Below, piece after piece: positions 59,879-64,000 of a DNA stretch of 64,000 nucleotides (the stretch's first letter is position 1; each line of letters opens with the position of its first letter). The notes under the pieces were generated by a model. The model was not told the DNA's origin. It ran no database searches and worked only from the letters and a program-made list of their open reading frames with translations. The translations under genes were made by a program, and so were the position numbers. Source of the stretch: Mustelus asterias (lineage: Eukaryota); NCBI RefSeq assembly GCF_964213995.1, contig NC_135808.1, positions 7,564,001 to 7,628,000 of the forward strand. Direction: 5' to 3'.

Positions 59879-59940
59879 AATGAAGGGCGTGTGTGGGTCA
59901 GACGCCCCATCTTCAGGTCAACGCTGGCAAAACAAGAGGA

Positions 59941-60025
59941 TTATGGGAGGTCGCTGAAGGTTTTCTTCGTCGGGAGGCCGGTGGGCTTCTCGGAGTCCTT
60001 TGCTTTCTCTTCGTACAACAAAATT
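59941..60025 (-). CDS. AIF1: AIF1 last coding exon (IILLYEEKAKDSEKPTGLPTKKTFSDLP*)
   Basis: Acceptor tctctccgcacag|, stop TAA 59943-59941. The C-terminus resembles AIF1 (ILMYEEKA..EKPTG...ELP) more than AIF1L, as recalled from the human sequences. Confidence 0.92.
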
Positions 60026-60192
60026 CTGTGCGGAGAGAATCAGAAACAATGTCATCATCTTCGCTTAATCCGGCACCTACTGAATCTCAAATACACGTCT
60101 TCACTTCACCCACTGACAGTGAGAATGTATTATTCCGACAAAGTGAGAAGAGATTTTATCTTCTGAATAACTTATTTCAACATCAAACATTC

Positions 60193-61141
60193 TTCCAGGA
60201 CAGATACAGCAAGGGGTTAGATACAGAGTAAAGCTCCCTCTACACTGTCCCCATCAAACACACCCAGGACAAGTACAGCACGGGGTTAGATATAGAGTAA
60301 AGCTCCCTCTACAATGTCCAATCAAACACTCCCAGGACAGGTACAGCACGGGGTTAGATACAGAGTAAAGCTCCCTCTACACTGTCCCCATCAAACACTC
60401 CCAGGACAGATACAGCAAGGGGTTAGATACAGAGTAAAGCTCCCTCTACACTGTCCCCATCAAACACACCCAGGACAGGTACGGGGTTAGATATAGAGTA
60501 AAGCTCCCTCTACACTGTCCCCATCAAACACTCTCAGGACAGGTACAGCACAGGGTTAAATACAGAGTAAAGCTCCCTCTACACTGTCCCATCAAACACT
60601 CCCAGGACAGGTACAGCACGGGGTTAGATATAGAGTAAAGCTCCCTCTACACTGTCCCCATCAAACACACCCAGGACAGGCACAGCACGGGGTTAGATAT
60701 AGAGTCACGCTGTCTCTACATTGTCCCCATCAAACACTCCCAGGACAGGCACAGCACAGGGTTAGATACAGAGTAAAGCTCCCTCTACACTGTCCCATCA
60801 AACACTCCCAGGACAGGTACAGCACAGGGTTAGATATAGAGTAAAGCTGTCTCTGCATTGTCCCCATTACACACTCCCAGGACAGGTACAGCATGGGATT
60901 AGATACTGAGTATAGTTCCCTCCACACTGTCCCCATCAAACACTCCCAGGACAGGTACAGCACGGGGTTAGATACAGAGTAAAGCTTCCTTTACACTGTC
61001 CCCATCAAACACTCCCAGGACAGGTACGGCACAGGGTTAGATACAGAGTAAAGCTCCCTCTACACTGTCCCATCAACACTCCCAGAACAGGTACAGCACG
61101 GGGTTAGACACTGAGTATAGTTCCCTCTACACTGTCCCCAA
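60193..61141. repeat. Minisatellite, ~69-bp unit x ~14, in the last AIF1 intron
   Basis: Unit CAGAGTAAAGCTCCCTCTACACTGTCCCCATCAAACACTCCCAGGACAGGTACAGCACGGGGTTAGATA with small variants. Confidence 0.95.
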
Positions 61142-61444
61142 CAATCACCCCCAGACGGTTACAACACTCCAAGTGAAAGAATTCCCTCTTAACTCCCTCT
61201 TAACTGGGAAGCCCTAAATTTTAAACCATGTCCTCTAGTTTCTAGACTGCCGGTGGAAGGAAATAGCATCCACCCTCTCGAGCCCCCTCAGAATCTTCGA
61301 TGTTTCAATAAGATCACCTCTTATTCTGCGAAACTCCAATGAGTACAGGCCCAACCTGCTCAACCTGTCCTCCTAAGACAAACCCCCTTCATCCCAGGAA
61401 TCGGCCGACTGCACGTCCTCTGAATTGCTGGAAGAGGGACTTAC

Positions 61445-61607
61445 ATCTTGGCAATGGCAGACCGTTTTCCCAGCATCATCTTCACAAAGTCCAAGTACGA
61501 GATGGTCTCGCCCATCTCTCCCGCCACCTCCTTGATCATCTTCTTCAGTTCCAGGTGGGTCTTGGCTGCTCCCAGTTTTTCCAGCATCCTCTTCAGCCCC
61601 ATGATAT
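61445..61607 (-). CDS. AIF1: AIF1 exon ([54 protein letters not shown])
   Basis: 163 nt, phase 1->2, acceptor ctctcactcag|, donor AT|GTAAGT; contains [17 protein letters not shown] and MMLGKRSAI motifs. Confidence 0.95.
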
Positions 61608-62082
61608 CTGAGTGAGAGGAGGAGAGAAAAGGTTTTGACACTGTGCCAAAGAACAAAGAAAATTACAGCACAGGAACAGGCCCTTCGGCCCTCCAAGCCT
61701 GCACCAGCCATGCTGCCCGACTGAACTAAAACTCCCTACCCTTCCGGGGACCATATCCCTCTATTCCCATCCTGTTCATGTATTTGTCAAGACTTAAAAG
61801 TCACCATCGTATCTGCTTCCACTCCTCCCCCGGCAGTGGGTTCCAGGCACCCACCACCCTCTGTGTAAAATACTTGCCTTGTACATCTTTAATCCTTGCC
61901 CCTCGCACCTTAAACTTATGCCCCCTAGTAATTGACTCTTCCACCCTGGGAAAAATCTTCTGACTATGTGTCATGTGTCGACGTGACACAGCCTAGCTGA
62001 CATCTGACACCCGTCCCTTGACCCCTCGGCATCTGCAGCCACTCCCAGTCCTCTTCCTCGGAAATTCCCATCGGAATCCCAT

Positions 62083-62445
62083 GGTGGCACGGTGGCACAA
62101 TGGTTAGCACTGCTGTCTCACAGCTCCAGGGACCTGGGTTAGGTGCATTGGCCATGCTGAATTCTCCCGCAGTGTACCCAAACAGGTGCCAGAGTGCGGC
62201 AACTAGAGGATTTTCACAGTATCTTCATTGCAGTGTTAATGTAAGCCTACTTGTAACACTAATAAATTAACTTTGAAAAATTTAAATTGCCCGATAATAT
62301 CCAAAGGTTAGGTTGATTAGCCATGGTAAACGCATGGGATTAAGATGATGGGAAGAGGACCTAGATAAGATACTCTTTCAGAGAGTCGGTGCAAACTCGA
62401 TGGGCCAAATGGCCTCCTTCTGCACTGTTGGTATTCTATGGTTCT
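62083..62445 (+). mobile_element. Composite HE1-type SINE (alternative tail followed by standard tail) in an AIF1 intron
   Basis: Deleted head, alternative tail, then taaattgcccgataatatcc and the standard gatgggcc.aatggcctccttctgcactg tail. Confidence 0.75.
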
Positions 62446-62536
62446 ATGGTAATGGGAGCAGAACGTAGGGTAATGGGAGAGGAATCACAAAACACTTTCA
62501 CCATGTCCGGCGACCACCGAGAAATGTAAAACTCAC

Positions 62537-62578
62537 CAATCTCTCCCTGGTTATTGAGGTCGAACTCCATGTACTTCT
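62537..62578 (-). CDS. AIF1: AIF1 exon (QKYMEFDLNNQGEI-D, EF-hand 1 loop)
   Basis: 42 nt, phase 1-1, acceptor ttgctttccag|, donor TG|GTGAGT; hallmark KYMEFDLN motif. Confidence 0.93.
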
Positions 62579-62727
62579 CTGGAAAGCAACAGAATAAAAG
62601 AGCATTTGCTGAGATTTGATGGGAATTAAATATAAATACAAATTCATTCATAAAAAACATTTTAAGATGCATCTTAAAAGAGGAGAAGGAATTTCGGGAA
62701 GGAATTCCGGCGCTTGTGGCCCAGGAC

Positions 62728-63046
62728 AATCATAGAATCCTGCAGTGCAGAAGGAGGCCATTCGGCCCATTGACTCTGCAGTGACCACAATCCCACCCTT
62801 CCCTCATCCCCGTAACCCCACGCATTTACCCTGCTCGTCCCCCTGACACTAAGGGACAATTTAGCACGACCAATCAACATAACCCGCACATCTTTGGACT
62901 GTGGGAGGAAACCAGAGCACCCGGAGGAAACCCACACAGACACGGAGTGAACATGCAGACTCCGCACAGCCGGTGACCCAAGCCGGGAATCAAACCCGGG
63001 TCCCTGGCACTGTGAGGCAGCAGTGCTAACCACTGTGCCACCATGC
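62728..63046 (-). mobile_element. HE1-type SINE in an AIF1 intron
   Basis: Consensus match. Confidence 0.85.
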
Positions 63047-63555
63047 AGCCCAATGAAGGAGTGGCTATCATTCGAGAAAGGATGAAAATCAGGGATGCCC
63101 AACTTGCCAGACTTGGAGGAGTGCAGAGATCCCAGAGCAATGGAGGACTGATGGCTGTTACTTGGAGAGGCTGTGGACGAGGCATTGGGAGGGATTTGAC
63201 ATTGAGGATGAGAACTCTAAAATCGAGGCATTGCTGGGATGGCGGGGGGTGGGGGGGGTGTCAATGTGGGTCGAACGGGACTTGGGTGAGCCGGTGCCTG
63301 AGTGACTTTCTTAGAGCTGTTGGGGGGGCGGGGGGGAGGGGGGGGGGGGCGCGGGGGGGGGGAAGGTAGACCCACACATGAGAATGACCATCACTCTTCG
63401 CCTGAACTTTCTGAGCAGCAATTTAGAAAGCTTTACCCCACCCCACCCTCTCCCCCGCAGCCCCCAACAACTGAACAAGCTAAAATCCACCACCCCCACA
63501 TTCAAATCTCATACTCATCAATCTGTACCAAAACAGCAGTGAACAAAAGAGTTAC

Positions 63556-63622
63556 GTTTGAATGCTTTGAGTTTATCTTCCAGGTCTTCATCAGTGCTGT
63601 ACTTCGGGTTAACCAAGAAATC
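63556..63622 (-). CDS. AIF1: Allograft inflammatory factor 1 (Iba1), internal exon (DFLVNPKYSTDEDLEDKLKAFK)
   Basis: 67 nt, acceptor gtccttttgtag|, donor C|GTAACT; matches the AIF1 FLxxPKYSxDEDL motif. Upstream exons lie beyond the window. Confidence 0.9.
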
Positions 63623-63642
63623 CTACAAAAGGACAAATTTGA

Positions 63643-64000
63643 GTTTATTTTACTGTCACAAGTAGGCTTACATTAACACTGCAATAACAGTTACTGTGGA
63701 AATCCCCTAGTCGCCACACTCCAGCACCTGTTCAGGTTCACTGAGGGAGAATTTAGCATGGCTAATGCACCTAACCAGCACATCTTTCGGTCTATTTTGG
63801 ATATTATCGGGCAATTTAAGGTTTTTAAAGTTTATCTTTTAGTGTCACAAGTAGGCTTACATTAACACTGCAATGAAGTTACTGTGAAAATCCCCTAGTC
63901 GCCACACTCCGGCGCCTGTTCAGGTACACTGAGGAAGAATTTAGCATGGCCAATGCACGTGACCAGCACATCTTTCAGACTGTGGGAGGCAACCAGAGCA
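63643..64000 (-). mobile_element. Two tandem alternative-tail HE1 SINE 3' parts
   Basis: tgtcacaagtaggcttacattaacactgcaat occurs twice. Confidence 0.8.

Noticed and set aside
60193-61141. CRISPR-like regular repeat array
   Set aside because: Head-to-tail tandem units with no unique spacers; eukaryotic intron.
59941-63622. Calling the EF-hand gene AIF1L
   Set aside because: The EF loop DLNNQGEID is AIF1L-like, but the C-terminus and the NCR3-like neighbour favour AIF1; needs a tree to settle.

Overview
Vertebrate DNA, almost certainly from a shark or other elasmobranch (dense HE1-type SINEs, CR1/HER1-type LINEs, Neptune-type Penelope elements, a 69-bp minisatellite). Two host genes can be assembled by hand from splice sites, both on the minus strand. 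(1) A complete 7-exon, 243-aa single-IgV type I membrane receptor (22485->9681) of the germline-joined VJ type, best called NCR3/NKp30-like. It has no charged TM residue, a stalk Cys, three cytoplasmic micro-exons and a polybasic tail. (2) The last four coding exons of AIF1/Iba1 (63622->59941). The NCR3-like + AIF1 pairing suggests the MHC class III region. The rest is mostly nested retroelements. A near full-length CR1 (22805-27900, +) has its RT motif split by a young Penelope insertion carrying a minimal hammerhead ribozyme. A full-length CR1 with intact ORF2 (33939-38203, -) sits inside a hAT MITE, which itself sits inside a SINE tail. Also present are Rex1 and L2-like fragments, solo LTRs and a 200-N gap inside an inverted Penelope element. 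The most notable signal: both divergent CR1s have an identical U_UUA_AAC slippery heptamer + stop + conserved G-tract cassette at the ORF1/ORF2 junction, with ORF2 in the -1 frame, a candidate programmed -1 ribosomal frameshift. One CR1 also carries a ~120-nt three-way-junction RNA module in its 3' UTR. All coordinates were read by eye; repeat boundaries are approximate.
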